A stretch of 64,000 nt of DNA from an uncultured Candidatus Poseidoniales archaeon (GTDB lineage: Archaea; Thermoplasmatota; Poseidoniia; Poseidoniales; Thalassarchaeaceae), in the NCBI GenBank assembly GCA_902573115.1, contig CACGIM010000002.1:11649-75648 (forward strand), written 5' to 3'. Each line of letters starts with the position of its first letter. Positions within the stretch are counted from its first letter, which is position 1. Shown one piece after another: positions 9,846-19,976 of this stretch. The position numbers and the translations under genes are program-made. Under the pieces are notes generated by a model. That model saw only the letters and a program-made list of their open reading frames with translations, was not told where the DNA came from and did no database searches.

Positions 9846-10793
9846 TCATTTATTGCTTATTTTTCGAGGATAAAATATAGACATGAAAATTGCAGAAATG
9901 AGTGATATAATGCCAGGGGCGGGAAGATTGGATTTTATGGAGTCTTCAGAGTCACTAGGATTTGTCTCTTCTTCTCCTGAATCTCCAGATTCCCCTTTGG
10001 GAGGAGGTTCCACGCTTACCCTAACCTCGTCCTGACCAATAGCGTTAATTCCTTGATTTAGGGCCCTTTTCGAGCTAACAGTCACCGTGATATCGCAATG
10101 TCTTCTAGGATGACTTTCAGATGCGATCAGTCTTAGCTCAGCATCCTTGGTCTTTCCTGAGTCGATATTACCAATTGTCAATGAGTCTAAGCCGTTGTCC
10201 GAAGTAAGCAGCGGACAGTCGTCTTCCACCAATACTTCTCCTACTCCATCCTGACCATTACCATCGTTTCTGACAGTGACGGTGAGAATTGTTTCTGAAC
10301 CAGAGTTCATCGAGCCAAATGGATCTGAAATTTCTACAGAAATAGCAAATATCGTAGGGATCTCCAGATCTCCTTCTCTATTTTGGCTAGAAGCAGTTAG
10401 GTCTGGGACTCCCTGTCTTGAGGATATAGTTCCTGTTATCGAAAACTTCTCCTTTTTTTCGGCATCAAAGGCTTGAACGTCAATTCCTGATATCTTCAGA
10501 TCAAACGATTTGTTAGTACCTGAGGGGATGCTTTCTTCTTCCGGAGCGTCGAACTCGCCTCCAAAGGGAATTTCGTATTCTAGCTGAACTGTAATTTCGG
10601 TTATCCCAGAGTTTTCTATAAAGAACTCTACATTAACTGAACCTTCGGGTGAAATCTCAAACGGATTTGCCGAGTCCTCGTCTGGGTAATAAATCCCTAA
10701 TTCCCAAGATCCTAACTCTTGTGCTGATGCTGGACAAATGGGAAATGAAAATAGCAGAATTAAGACACCGAAGTATGACGAGTTGACTTTCAT
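9846..10793 (-). CDS. Secreted Ig/CARDB-like surface protein with PGF-like C-terminal anchor (choice-of-anchor T-like)
   Basis: Signal peptide, VRNDGNGQD, acidic linker, C-terminal LPAPG + hydrophobic helix + RK. Confidence 0.6.
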   Translation of the reverse strand: MKVNSSYFGVLILLFSFPICPASAQELGSWELGIYYPDEDSANPFEISPEGSVNVEFFIENSGITEITVQLEYEIPFGGEFDAPEEESIPSGTNKSFDLKISGIDVQAFDAEKKEKFSITGTISSRQGVPDLTASSQNREGDLEIPTIFAISVEISDPFGSMNSGSETILTVTVRNDGNGQDGVGEVLVEDDCPLLTSDNGLDSLTIGNIDSGKTKDAELRLIASESHPRRHCDITVTVSSKRALNQGINAIGQDEVRVSVEPPPKGESGDSGEEETNPSDSEDSIKSNLPAPGIISLISAIFMSIFYPRKISNK

Positions 10794-10797
10794 TTCC

Positions 10798-11781
10798 CTA
10801 ACTCACCAGTAAACCTCTGCAAGCCCTTTTTGTTAAGACCTTCACCATCTTTCTCCTGTATGACGGTGAGAACCACGTGTTTTTGACCGGTTTAACGGCC
10901 TTTTTGATTGACTCTGCTAACTCATCCACGGAGCTATCCCCTTCCCAATTCTCCATCGCACTCTTTGATTCATCTTCGTGGAGCATGGGGATTGACTCCA
11001 ACCCGGTTGTGGCAACTCTGAGCTGAATTGGTTCCTTTTCAGTATTGCTTTTCCACAGTACTGCGACACCTGCCTCTGGGAAATCCCAAGACTCTCTCTG
11101 TCTCAGCTTCTGATAATCGCCTTGCCATTCCTTAGAGTCGCTTGGGAGTGTAATGTGAGTGATTAGCTCTCCTGGTTTGAGTACATTTCTTGTCATCCCA
11201 TCTAGTTTGAAGAAATCGCTAATCGGCATTGACCTCTTGCCACTCGGGGAAGCAATGTGTATTTGGGAATTCAAGCACATGAGAACTGGTGCTAAGTCCG
11301 CTTGATAGGTGGCAACACAGAGTGTGTTCTGATTTGGTATTACCCTACAATCTGCCCCAGTTCCGCAATCACACTTGTGGCACCAATCTATCGATTCTCT
11401 CCATGATTCCGATTGATTGATCCAATAGCATCTCGTATCCAGGCAAATGTTTCCACCGACTGTACCGGATCTCCTAATCATTACACTTGCGATTGACTCG
11501 GCGGCCTTGGCTAGGACCGGATGGGTGTGCTTGTCAGACGCCAATTCATTAATCCTGACCATGGCCCCAATGTGGGTAGTGCTCAACTCTTTTAGCTCAG
11601 AGACAGATGCTAGGGATATTACGTGACTCTTCACGTTGATGTGCCATTTGTAATTAGGAATCAAGTCGGTTCCACCGGCTATCCAATCGAATTCAAGCCC
11701 CGATTCGGATATTTCCCTTGATATTTCAATAGCTTCTTCAAGACTATTGGGGCTATGGAGTTTGAATGGGGGCATTCTCAT
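10798..11781 (-). CDS. Xanthine-oxidase-family FAD subunit with [4Fe-4S] insert (HcrB/PaoB-like)
   Basis: IAGGTDL, IGAMV, GTVGGNICLDTRC, Cys-rich insert, YQKLRQR, YRRKM. Confidence 0.9.
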   Translation of the reverse strand: MRMPPFKLHSPNSLEEAIEISREISESGLEFDWIAGGTDLIPNYKWHINVKSHVISLASVSELKELSTTHIGAMVRINELASDKHTHPVLAKAAESIASVMIRRSGTVGGNICLDTRCYWINQSESWRESIDWCHKCDCGTGADCRVIPNQNTLCVATYQADLAPVLMCLNSQIHIASPSGKRSMPISDFFKLDGMTRNVLKPGELITHITLPSDSKEWQGDYQKLRQRESWDFPEAGVAVLWKSNTEKEPIQLRVATTGLESIPMLHEDESKSAMENWEGDSSVDELAESIKKAVKPVKNTWFSPSYRRKMVKVLTKRACRGLLVS

Positions 11782-14564
11782 TCCACTTCACCCCTTTTCC
11801 TTCTCTCAGTGTGTTTCCATGCCGATCCAGCAAGTCTTGGGTCATCGAGATATGATGGGTCAGGAGTGACTCTGACCGCCCAACTCGGATCAGTCTGATC
11901 CGGAGGTATCGAAGGATCCAATCCGAAAAGAGCCCCATTGTAATATTCGCTTCTTTCTTCATCCAATCTTCTTGAATAATCCCTACTTGAATGCTCACTG
12001 GCCCTATTCTCAAGTGTTGTCTGTAAATCTGAGTAATTTAGAGAAGGAGGGGAAAGATGCAGAGGTTCGAGTATTCCTTCTGATTTGCACCTTTTCTCTA
12101 TTAGATTGAACACCTTCTCTGGAGTAAGGGGGAGCTCTGATGGGCGGACCCCTATTGCATCATAAACAGCATTGCAGACTGCGGGAAGTATCGGCAAAAG
12201 GGGTCCTTCACCAGCCTCTTTGGCCCCAAATGGACCCTCGGGATCATTTGATTCCACGATGATTGGAGTCACTTCAGGCATCTCGTGGACACTAGGTATC
12301 TTGTAGTCTAGCAAATCGGGATTTAGGAGGCTTCCATTTCTGCTGTATCGCATTTCTTCAGACAACACCTGCCCCATTCCCATATGGCATGAGCCGATTA
12401 TTTGCCCCTTAACTGCTAGAGGGTTAAGCGCCTTTCCGCAATCATGAGCAGCCCAGACCTTCTCTACATTGATTTGGCCGGTCTCGACATCAACTGTGAC
12501 TTCAGCTGCATATGCTGAGAACGAGTATGCGGGAGCGAGGCCTGCTGCGGCCCCTTTGTGGGTTTTACCCATAGGTGGTGTCCTGTATGCACCAGAAGAA
12601 ATTAGGGCACCCCTATCTTCCTGAGCCTTGTGAAGAGCCTCCAAATATGATACCCCTACTGAAGGGTCTGATTTCTGGAATATTCTTCGATCGCCGACAA
12701 TAAGACCCTGTTTATTCGAGTTAGTGATTTCCGCGGTCGCATCAATGAGATTGTTCCGGATATCCATGGCAGCAGAGATTGCAGCGTTCGCATTCATGAA
12801 GGTGACTCGTGAAGAGTAAGATCCCAGATCGACAGGGGATGTATCGGATTCTCTGGATTTTATCCTAATCATGTCAAGTGGCAGACCAAGTACTTCGGCC
12901 ACAGACTGGGCCACAACCGTGTCTGATCCCTGTCCGATTTCGGCGGCACCAGTATGTACTGTGACACCTCCATCCATGTCAATCTTGAGATGAACGGTGG
13001 CGTGCGGGAATTTATTCGGGTCCCAATGAATAGGTAGGCCGCTTCCAGATATGAAGAAGCCGCAACCAACACCTATCCCCTTCCCTAGTGGAAGCTTTCT
13101 GAATTTTTTAGTCCAACCGCTTTCCTGCCTCACTCTTTCTAAGCACTCTCTCATCCCAATGCTAGTCACCCTAAATCCTGTGATCGTCGAAGAGTGGGGA
13201 GGGAGTAGATTAGCAAGACGAAGAGAAATAGGATCAACAGAAAGTTGCTCTGCCAGGTGGTCGAGACCAACTTCTACTGCACATCTTGAGTTAACCGCTC
13301 CATGCCCTCTCATTGCCCCACTCGCTGGCTTGTTGGTCCAAACTCTAGCTCCAGTGTAGTGGAAAGACCCGATCTCATAAGGTGCAGTGTGCAAAACTCC
13401 GTTGTAATACGTAGTCACATGCCCGAATGATGCAAAGGCCCCACCGTCAATCAGAGCATCCGTTTCTATGCCGCAAATCCTTCCTTCTCCATCTGCGTGA
13501 AGATTCATTTCTATCCTAGATGGGTGGCGACCCCTATTTACCCAGTATACCTCTTCTCTATCGAACGTTATTCTAACTGGCCTCCCAGATTTTCGGGCCA
13601 GAATTGCGGCACACATTTCATGAGGAAATGGGTCCGATTTTCCACCAAAGCCACCACCTACAAATGTCCGGTGTACGTTTATCTGATGCATAGGGATTTC
13701 GAGAACATCGGCTAGTGCCCTATGGACGTAATGAGGCACTTGTTGAGGAGTGTATAGTGTCAGCCTCCCTGTGGGATCCCAATGAGCCACTACGGCATGT
13801 GGTTCAGTAAATGCGTGGTTTACTCCAGCGAAGACCCAGTCCTCTTTGTAGCTAGCTACAGAACTGCTGAGCATCCCCGAAACGTCTCCAAACTCTTGGA
13901 ATACTCGCTTTTGGACATTTGACTCTCCGATGTGATACTTCCCTCTATCGTGAATTGGTTCAACACTATCTTTGAGACCGTCCCTCATGTCATGAATTGA
14001 GTCGAGTATTTCGTACTCGACCTCAATTAGTCGCTCCGCCTCTCTTGCAGTGGCCTCGTCCTCGGCAGCTACGCACGCAACAAGGTCACCAGCGTGCCTA
14101 ACCTTGTCAACCGCCATTGCATGTTCGTCCTTTGTCACGGGAAGGACCCCAAATTTGTTCTTGGCATCGACCCCGGTTGCCACGGCTACAACTCCAGGTA
14201 GCTTCAGAGCTCTAGAGCAATCAATAGAGATAACCCTAGCATAGTGGTGGGGGGATCTTACAATCCTGCCAATTAATTCTCCTTTTATTCTAACGTCGTC
14301 TCCATAGTGAGCCTGACCAGTGACCTTCCAATTACCATCTACTAGCGCTGTATCTTTCCCAATTACCTGTCCACTTACTAGAGAATCGTGCCTGTGCGAA
14401 CCCCAGGGCTGCTGTAGTTTTCCCCCCTGAGAAGATGGTATCATATTCTCCTCAATTGGCTTAGAAAAACTATTCTTCCCACCTGATCCAGGTTTGGAAA
14501 ATGGTAATTTCCCTGGTTGCTGTTTGTAGCCGACCATTTCCTTTTCCTTTTCAGTCAAAATCAA
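11778..14564 (-). CDS. Xanthine-oxidase-family molybdopterin-binding large subunit (HcrA-like)
   Basis: KVTGQAHYGDD, RSPHHYA, GGGFGGK, GAMRGHG, EIGQGSDT, GSYSSRVT, GPFGAKEAGE. Confidence 0.92.
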   Translation of the reverse strand: MILTEKEKEMVGYKQQPGKLPFSKPGSGGKNSFSKPIEENMIPSSQGGKLQQPWGSHRHDSLVSGQVIGKDTALVDGNWKVTGQAHYGDDVRIKGELIGRIVRSPHHYARVISIDCSRALKLPGVVAVATGVDAKNKFGVLPVTKDEHAMAVDKVRHAGDLVACVAAEDEATAREAERLIEVEYEILDSIHDMRDGLKDSVEPIHDRGKYHIGESNVQKRVFQEFGDVSGMLSSSVASYKEDWVFAGVNHAFTEPHAVVAHWDPTGRLTLYTPQQVPHYVHRALADVLEIPMHQINVHRTFVGGGFGGKSDPFPHEMCAAILARKSGRPVRITFDREEVYWVNRGRHPSRIEMNLHADGEGRICGIETDALIDGGAFASFGHVTTYYNGVLHTAPYEIGSFHYTGARVWTNKPASGAMRGHGAVNSRCAVEVGLDHLAEQLSVDPISLRLANLLPPHSSTITGFRVTSIGMRECLERVRQESGWTKKFRKLPLGKGIGVGCGFFISGSGLPIHWDPNKFPHATVHLKIDMDGGVTVHTGAAEIGQGSDTVVAQSVAEVLGLPLDMIRIKSRESDTSPVDLGSYSSRVTFMNANAAISAAMDIRNNLIDATAEITNSNKQGLIVGDRRIFQKSDPSVGVSYLEALHKAQEDRGALISSGAYRTPPMGKTHKGAAAGLAPAYSFSAYAAEVTVDVETGQINVEKVWAAHDCGKALNPLAVKGQIIGSCHMGMGQVLSEEMRYSRNGSLLNPDLLDYKIPSVHEMPEVTPIIVESNDPEGPFGAKEAGEGPLLPILPAVCNAVYDAIGVRPSELPLTPEKVFNLIEKRCKSEGILEPLHLSPPSLNYSDLQTTLENRASEHSSRDYSRRLDEERSEYYNGALFGLDPSIPPDQTDPSWAVRVTPDPSYLDDPRLAGSAWKHTERRKRGEVE

Positions 14565-15133
14565 ACCTCCTCCCCAAATCCCGGGTGAGGATCGCTCTTA
14601 GGGGAAGTAGAGTCTTCTACTCTGGCTCCCGATACCAAGATATCCGAGGCGGCTCTAACTGAGTCTACAATTTGCTGAAAACCTGTGCATCTACAGAGAT
14701 TCCCTTCTATTGCGGATTTTATCTCTTCATCTGAAGGAGAGCTATTCTCGGAAAGGAGTGCAGAAATAACAACTAGAAATCCTGGGGTGCAGAATCCGCA
14801 CTGACTTCCTCCAAACTCAGTGAAAGTCTGTTGTATTGGGTGTAAATGATGGCCATCTGAAAGGCCCTCCACCGTGGTAATACTAGCTCCATCGGCCTCT
14901 GTTGCCAGAGTCAAACAGGATAGTCTTGGATCACCGTCAATTAGTACTGAACAGCAGCCACAGGTCCCCATGTCACATCCTCTCTTGGTTCCAAGGCTCC
15001 CGACTTGTTCCCTAAGTACGTCTAACAAAATAGCGTTATTCTCTATGTGGAGCGTGATCTCAGCTCCATTTACTTCTGCTGTCCATTCTATCTCGTCGGG
15101 ATGTGGCAGCATGGGTAGTCGGTACTGCACCAT
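14561..15133 (-). CDS. Xanthine-oxidase-family 2x[2Fe-2S] small subunit (HcrC/CoxS-like)
   Basis: GTKRGCDMGTCGCC, SQCGFCTPG, GNLCRCTG. Confidence 0.95.
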   Translation of the reverse strand: MVQYRLPMLPHPDEIEWTAEVNGAEITLHIENNAILLDVLREQVGSLGTKRGCDMGTCGCCSVLIDGDPRLSCLTLATEADGASITTVEGLSDGHHLHPIQQTFTEFGGSQCGFCTPGFLVVISALLSENSSPSDEEIKSAIEGNLCRCTGFQQIVDSVRAASDILVSGARVEDSTSPKSDPHPGFGEEV

Positions 15134-15174
15134 TAATCGAACCAGTCGGAGTCATCCTTTGAGCATTCGGTTCG

Positions 15175-15828
15175 TCATCGAATAGGGGGAAATTCTTCAA
15201 CGGCCCTCTTTAGCACCTCTGATTCTGCCCTCTTGAGGTGCTCACCAATTGTGCTCCTTGCGATATGCATCTCATCGGCCAGCTCCCTAAGGGTGATATC
15301 TGTCCCTTCATCATAATAACCCCTATTGACAGCTAATTCGAGGACTTCCATTTGCTTTTTTGTCAAGAAATCATATTCCGAGGAGTGCCCGTTCTTAAAC
15401 ATCTGAACACTTATGCTGTCAGGGGGCATGACCATTCTAAGCTGACTTAGAAAACTGCTTATCGAATCAGAAAGACCGTAAATCCTCAATTCCAAGCCAT
15501 TGACAGAATCTATCGCATATGGGGGGTAAACGTAGATGTTGGAGAGTTCGATTGCAGCAGCTGCTAAGCTATGTGTGCAGTGAATACTAGCTAAAATTCC
15601 CTCATCATTCTCCTCATGCATTTCTAGAACTGTAAAGCTGCTTAGATCGGATATTTCTGCAAGTTCTCTTCCTTCCTTCAGTTTTACCTCCGTCAATTGT
15701 GTAACACCATCAGGTCCCAATGAAAGGTGTCCAAGTACTTCGATTCTATCGCAAATATCCATCAAAGAATCGATTTCTTTTATTCCCCTGAGTGAACTAA
15801 ATTTCCACCTGAGTAGCACCTTCCTCAT
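15175..15828 (-). CDS. HTH-10 (bacterio-opsin activator-type) transcriptional regulator
   Basis: LTKKQMEVLELAVNRGYYD...TLRELADEMHIARSTIGEHLKRAE; GGAGGT upstream of ATG 15828. Confidence 0.88.
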   Translation of the reverse strand: MRKVLLRWKFSSLRGIKEIDSLMDICDRIEVLGHLSLGPDGVTQLTEVKLKEGRELAEISDLSSFTVLEMHEENDEGILASIHCTHSLAAAAIELSNIYVYPPYAIDSVNGLELRIYGLSDSISSFLSQLRMVMPPDSISVQMFKNGHSSEYDFLTKKQMEVLELAVNRGYYDEGTDITLRELADEMHIARSTIGEHLKRAESEVLKRAVEEFPPIR

Positions 15829-15869
15829 GGACCTCCGAATAGCTGGATGATATTGAACATTGGTCGATA

Positions 15870-17081
15870 TTAGCCCCAATAAGCCTCACGAATGGCTTGA
15901 TTGGCCTCCATACAGGCAACTACATCGCTCGGACGTTGGGGCATTACTGAATCTCCTAACAAATGTAGGATCATTGGGCCTGCATTTGACATATTTACCA
16001 CACCCCATCCCACTTGGGTGCATGGGGCAACTGGTGATATTGGCAGCGTACCAGAGCTTGGATTCCAGGTTGAAAAGCTAGGATACCAAGCAGACAGGTT
16101 CAGTGAGTCTCTGATATCGTCATTGGTTATCGAGAGATTAGTTCCGTTTACTAACAAGCCTTCCCTGTCTCCAAAAGCTCCTGAACCAATATCACCGCTA
16201 TGATTTCTAAGACTGGTCAGAACCAAGCTTAGAATTCCCGCGGTACGAGGAGTGGCGAAAGAAGTACCCGAGGTGGTATGATAGCCGTCTATGTCATCGT
16301 GATTTGGCAATTCTTGGGTCCAATCGGCAGCGATATCGGGATAGGACCCGCTCATGGTTTCTTTCTGATCGTCGTCCTCCTCTGCATAACCCGATATTCC
16401 TATTGACCAAGGCGGTCCAGCAGTTGAGTCTTGTACTGCCGGCGAGGGAGTGTTGTCTGCTGCCCCCGTGTGAATTTTGCCATTTTCTACAACCGCAACC
16501 CTTGTTGCGTCTTCAATCCCTGGTACTGGGATGGACCCTATGGGGCCGAACGAAGTGGAAATCACATCAACTAGAGGTTGGTTTGCAGCCGCTAGGACAG
16601 CAGCGTCGCTAAAGCCTTCTACAAAGAAAATCACAGCATCTGGATTGGCGTCAATAACTGCCCCTGTTACGGCAGTTCCGTGACCATCACTGGGATCGTC
16701 GAGGATTGGTATGTCAGTATTGTCTTCAGGAGTAGTTCCGATTATTCTGGATCCTTTGAACCAAACGATATCCCCCGCCCCTATTTGATCCCAGCAATCC
16801 CCTCGATCAGACTCATATCTCTCTTGCCAAGTACCGTTTTTTGAAATCTCACATACCATATTCACTCCCAACCCATCTAGTAGCCACTGGGGGTATGAAT
16901 CATTCATCGAAAAGTGATTGTGGTATACGTTGATTCCGGTATCTATTGGAGCAACTACGCTAAATGCACCGAATAAATCCTCCACCAAAACGAGATCTGC
17001 CTCTCCCTCGCTCTCATCCATACACCCAGCTAAGCTCGCGGAAATGACCAATATAGAGATCAGAGTAGTTAGGACCTTCAC
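15870..17081 (-). CDS. S8 subtilisin-like peptidase, probable lipoprotein
   Basis: LAGC lipobox; catalytic motifs IDTG, DGHGT, GTSFATP. Confidence 0.85.
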   Translation of the reverse strand: MKVLTTLISILVISASLAGCMDESEGEADLVLVEDLFGAFSVVAPIDTGINVYHNHFSMNDSYPQWLLDGLGVNMVCEISKNGTWQERYESDRGDCWDQIGAGDIVWFKGSRIIGTTPEDNTDIPILDDPSDGHGTAVTGAVIDANPDAVIFFVEGFSDAAVLAAANQPLVDVISTSFGPIGSIPVPGIEDATRVAVVENGKIHTGAADNTPSPAVQDSTAGPPWSIGISGYAEEDDDQKETMSGSYPDIAADWTQELPNHDDIDGYHTTSGTSFATPRTAGILSLVLTSLRNHSGDIGSGAFGDREGLLVNGTNLSITNDDIRDSLNLSAWYPSFSTWNPSSGTLPISPVAPCTQVGWGVVNMSNAGPMILHLLGDSVMPQRPSDVVACMEANQAIREAYWG

Positions 17082-17112
17082 AACCCTCCGAATTTAACAA
17101 CTAATTTGATAC

Positions 17113-17973
17113 TTAGGTTGACACGTTCTTCCTTTCAAGCGATAAAACCTCTGCACAAACCGCAATTGCAATTTCTTCGGGTGTGTCTGCTCCTATGTCC
17201 AGGCCAATAGGGCACCTGACAGAGTCAATCAGCCATTTCTCTACCCCACTCTCAATAGCCTTCTTCTTGAAAGCAGACCATTTCTTCCTTGATCCAATGG
17301 CCCCAATTCGAGGTCGTATTCCATCTTTGCAGACTTGGAGTAATGCCACTAGCATCTCTTCATCGACTGACCAGTCGTGACTCAATAGTAGGATGTCCGA
17401 GAAACGAGATAGCGATTCCTTACTTTCGCTCTTTAGAAAATCCTTAACGGATGAGCAGAATTTCCCCTCAGCGTTTGGATATCGCTGCTCATTACAGTAT
17501 TCCTCCCTGATATCGAATACGCTATACGACCATTCCAGAGAATCACAGACCCTTGCAATAGAAAGACCAACGTGCCCTCCGCCTGCAATCAGGATGTGAG
17601 GGCGGGGATTGATCACTTCCATAGCCACTGTCACTCGACCTCCGCATAGACTGTCGAGGGCAGGTGCCTCTTTTCCTTTACCATCTCTGTTTAACTCAAA
17701 TACCTCAACTTTCCCTCCCTTTTTCCTTAGGTAAGACAAATCTTGGAAGAGAAGATCCTGAAGTTCCCTTTCCACCGTTAACTCCAATCCTGCACCACCA
17801 ATAGTTCCAAATTTTTCTCCTGAAGAGCTGATGGCTAGCCTTGCTCCTGGTTTTCCCGGAACACTGCCCCTAGCCCTGACAACCGATGCAATGGCAACTC
17901 TTTCTCCGGCCTCTACCCTCTTGATGGCCCAATTAAGAACTACGACAGTCACAATGCTCCGTCGGGGTGCCAA
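17113..17973 (-). CDS. xdhC: XdhC/CoxI molybdenum cofactor insertion chaperone
   Basis: GSVPGKPGA, GTIGGAGLE, CGG, GGGHVG, GAIGSRKK, PIGLDIGADTPEEIAIA. Confidence 0.93.
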   Translation of the reverse strand: MAPRRSIVTVVVLNWAIKRVEAGERVAIASVVRARGSVPGKPGARLAISSSGEKFGTIGGAGLELTVERELQDLLFQDLSYLRKKGGKVEVFELNRDGKGKEAPALDSLCGGRVTVAMEVINPRPHILIAGGGHVGLSIARVCDSLEWSYSVFDIREEYCNEQRYPNAEGKFCSSVKDFLKSESKESLSRFSDILLLSHDWSVDEEMLVALLQVCKDGIRPRIGAIGSRKKWSAFKKKAIESGVEKWLIDSVRCPIGLDIGADTPEEIAIAVCAEVLSLERKNVST

Positions 17974-18022
17974 CCTTTGGAGTTGTGTAACTTATCAGAT
18001 GTGTTTGAGTTTTTCATTGCGA

Positions 18023-19231
18023 TTAGAATGATATGTCCAGAATCCAAAGTGCAACTCCCAAAATTAGGGCAGGGATAGTTGTATGTAGCGTGGCCCAAAG
18101 GCTGGCTAACCTGTGCCTTACCAAAAGCGGAAACAGAGCATCCCCATCCTGACTTATTGCGTTCGCGGCCAAAGCCGGGAATGATATCAGGTCCTTTGTG
18201 TAGGCGGTAATGGCGATTATTTGAGGGCCACAACCAGGTATCAATCCGATAAATGAAGCAACTACAACTGCAATAACTCCATCGCCATACTTCGCTAATT
18301 CTGCTTCATTGGTCCCAGAGAATAACATTGAAAATTCGAAAATTAGGTAAGCGGCCATTACCCAGAATGTTACGAATGCGGTTTCACTTGCGGAGTGTAT
18401 TAGTGTCTCTCTCATCGAGTATAGTTTGTCTCCAATTGAAGCTTCTGTATCATCACGAATCCAGGTTCTTTGAGATAAGTACAGAATTATCGACAAAGTC
18501 GTTCCAATCAAACCAATCCATGTAATGAATCCATGAAGCGAAAATGGATCATAATCTACTGATAGATCAAAATCGGGATCTTGAGAACTCCAAACCAGTA
18601 ACAACACCGCGAATACCAATCCAATTGAAGTAACTACCCACCATAAGGTGTAACCCTGATGAAGAAGGAAGTATCCTGGGCCGCTTTCTTCTTCCCTCCC
18701 AAGGTCATCAAAGACCATTTGAGAATCTTCAGAAACCTCTAATTTGCTTATTCCAGAGTCCTCAGTAAACTCTGAACCAAGGAAAAATCCACCCAAAGGA
18801 CGCTTTGGCGTGATTCCTAATCCGTCTACGAGGTAGCCCCATGTTACCCCTGTGAGGAAGGATATGGCGTGTACCGCTACTGCAGGAGCCACGAAAGAGG
18901 AGTCCGTGATAGCAGCACCTATTAAGACAAAAGCGGCATCTCCGAGAGTTGCTATAAGAGTCGCGATTACCGTTCCGTAGCTTACGAAACCCCTAGTGTA
19001 CATTGGCATGATTACAATTGCTCCGCCGCAACCAGGAGTGATGCCCATAACAGCGCCAATTATCGGCTGCCATCTTCTTTTTGACCGGATTACATCCACA
19101 AAACGTCCGGCGGTAATGTACTGTATCCAACTGAATAATAGAACCATCGCTGCAACAAATACAGTCACGGCCAGAAAGGCGTCTCGCATACTAACAACTA
19201 CCACTTCAATTACTTCAGCAGAGGTTGGCAT
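18023..19231 (-). CDS. Putative manganese transporter (DUF2899-like, 10 TM)
   Basis: Duplicated PGCGG/PGCGP, ATLGDAAF, NAISQDGDALFPL; TTTATACA box 21-28 bp before ATG 19231. Confidence 0.8.
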   Translation of the reverse strand: MPTSAEVIEVVVVSMRDAFLAVTVFVAAMVLLFSWIQYITAGRFVDVIRSKRRWQPIIGAVMGITPGCGGAIVIMPMYTRGFVSYGTVIATLIATLGDAAFVLIGAAITDSSFVAPAVAVHAISFLTGVTWGYLVDGLGITPKRPLGGFFLGSEFTEDSGISKLEVSEDSQMVFDDLGREEESGPGYFLLHQGYTLWWVVTSIGLVFAVLLLVWSSQDPDFDLSVDYDPFSLHGFITWIGLIGTTLSIILYLSQRTWIRDDTEASIGDKLYSMRETLIHSASETAFVTFWVMAAYLIFEFSMLFSGTNEAELAKYGDGVIAVVVASFIGLIPGCGPQIIAITAYTKDLISFPALAANAISQDGDALFPLLVRHRLASLWATLHTTIPALILGVALWILDISF

Positions 19232-19367
19232 TGCGTATTCGACCCCAAGTTTGTATAAATCATTTGACATCGAAGGATAAAGTAATCTGATAATCCAATT
19301 TTTTGATTTTGAAATATGAAACGCCAAATTCAATCATTTCAGGGCTCAGAATTAGAAATCCTCCATC

Positions 19368-19943
19368 TCAATTTTCATCATTTACTAATTTCAATATCTC
19401 ATGTAAATTAACTGCATCTTCGGGAGTATCTATGTTTAGATTTAGAAATCTGTCCGAAACCTCGAACCTACTGGCCTCAATTACTTCCCTCAATGGTAAA
19501 TTTGCTGAGCTTTTCCTTACCTTTCCGACATCCTCGCAAGCCAGTGCTAGGGGATGTCCGCCCCTTCCTTCCTTCATTGGGCAGCAGGTCTGATCTGAAC
19601 AAATTAGACGCTCCAGAGTTGAATCTGAGAAGCCAGGTCGGTCCACGGGAACAACGAGCAGTCTGTAATCCTCTGCCCCGGAGGAATCAATACTCTCAAT
19701 CCCTACCTTGAGAGATCCCGTTCTTCCTTTGTGAGGATCAGGATTTAGGACTACATTCACATCACTAACTATTTTGGAAATTTCTTCAAAGTTTGCTTCG
19801 TTCGTCACTATCGTAATATTGTCCACACGACCAGACAATCTTTGTGAAATCCAACTGATTAATGCTTGGGAGCCGACATCGATTAATGCCTTATCCCTAC
19901 CAAGCCTGATGCTTGAGCCAGCTGCAAGAATGACGCATTGCAT
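19368..19943 (-). CDS. MobA/MocA-like nucleotidyltransferase (Moco dinucleotide formation)
   Basis: VILAAGSSIRLGRDKAL, PVDRP, GHP, NIDTPED. Confidence 0.85.
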   Translation of the reverse strand: MQCVILAAGSSIRLGRDKALIDVGSQALISWISQRLSGRVDNITIVTNEANFEEISKIVSDVNVVLNPDPHKGRTGSLKVGIESIDSSGAEDYRLLVVPVDRPGFSDSTLERLICSDQTCCPMKEGRGGHPLALACEDVGKVRKSSANLPLREVIEASRFEVSDRFLNLNIDTPEDAVNLHEILKLVNDEN

Positions 19944-19976
19944 AACATCACCACCAAAATACTCTGACTTATCCCA

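Noticed and set aside
11778-14564. Aerobic CO dehydrogenase CoxL
   Set aside because: No AYXCSFR or AYXGAGR active-site loop; the sequence has GAMRGHG
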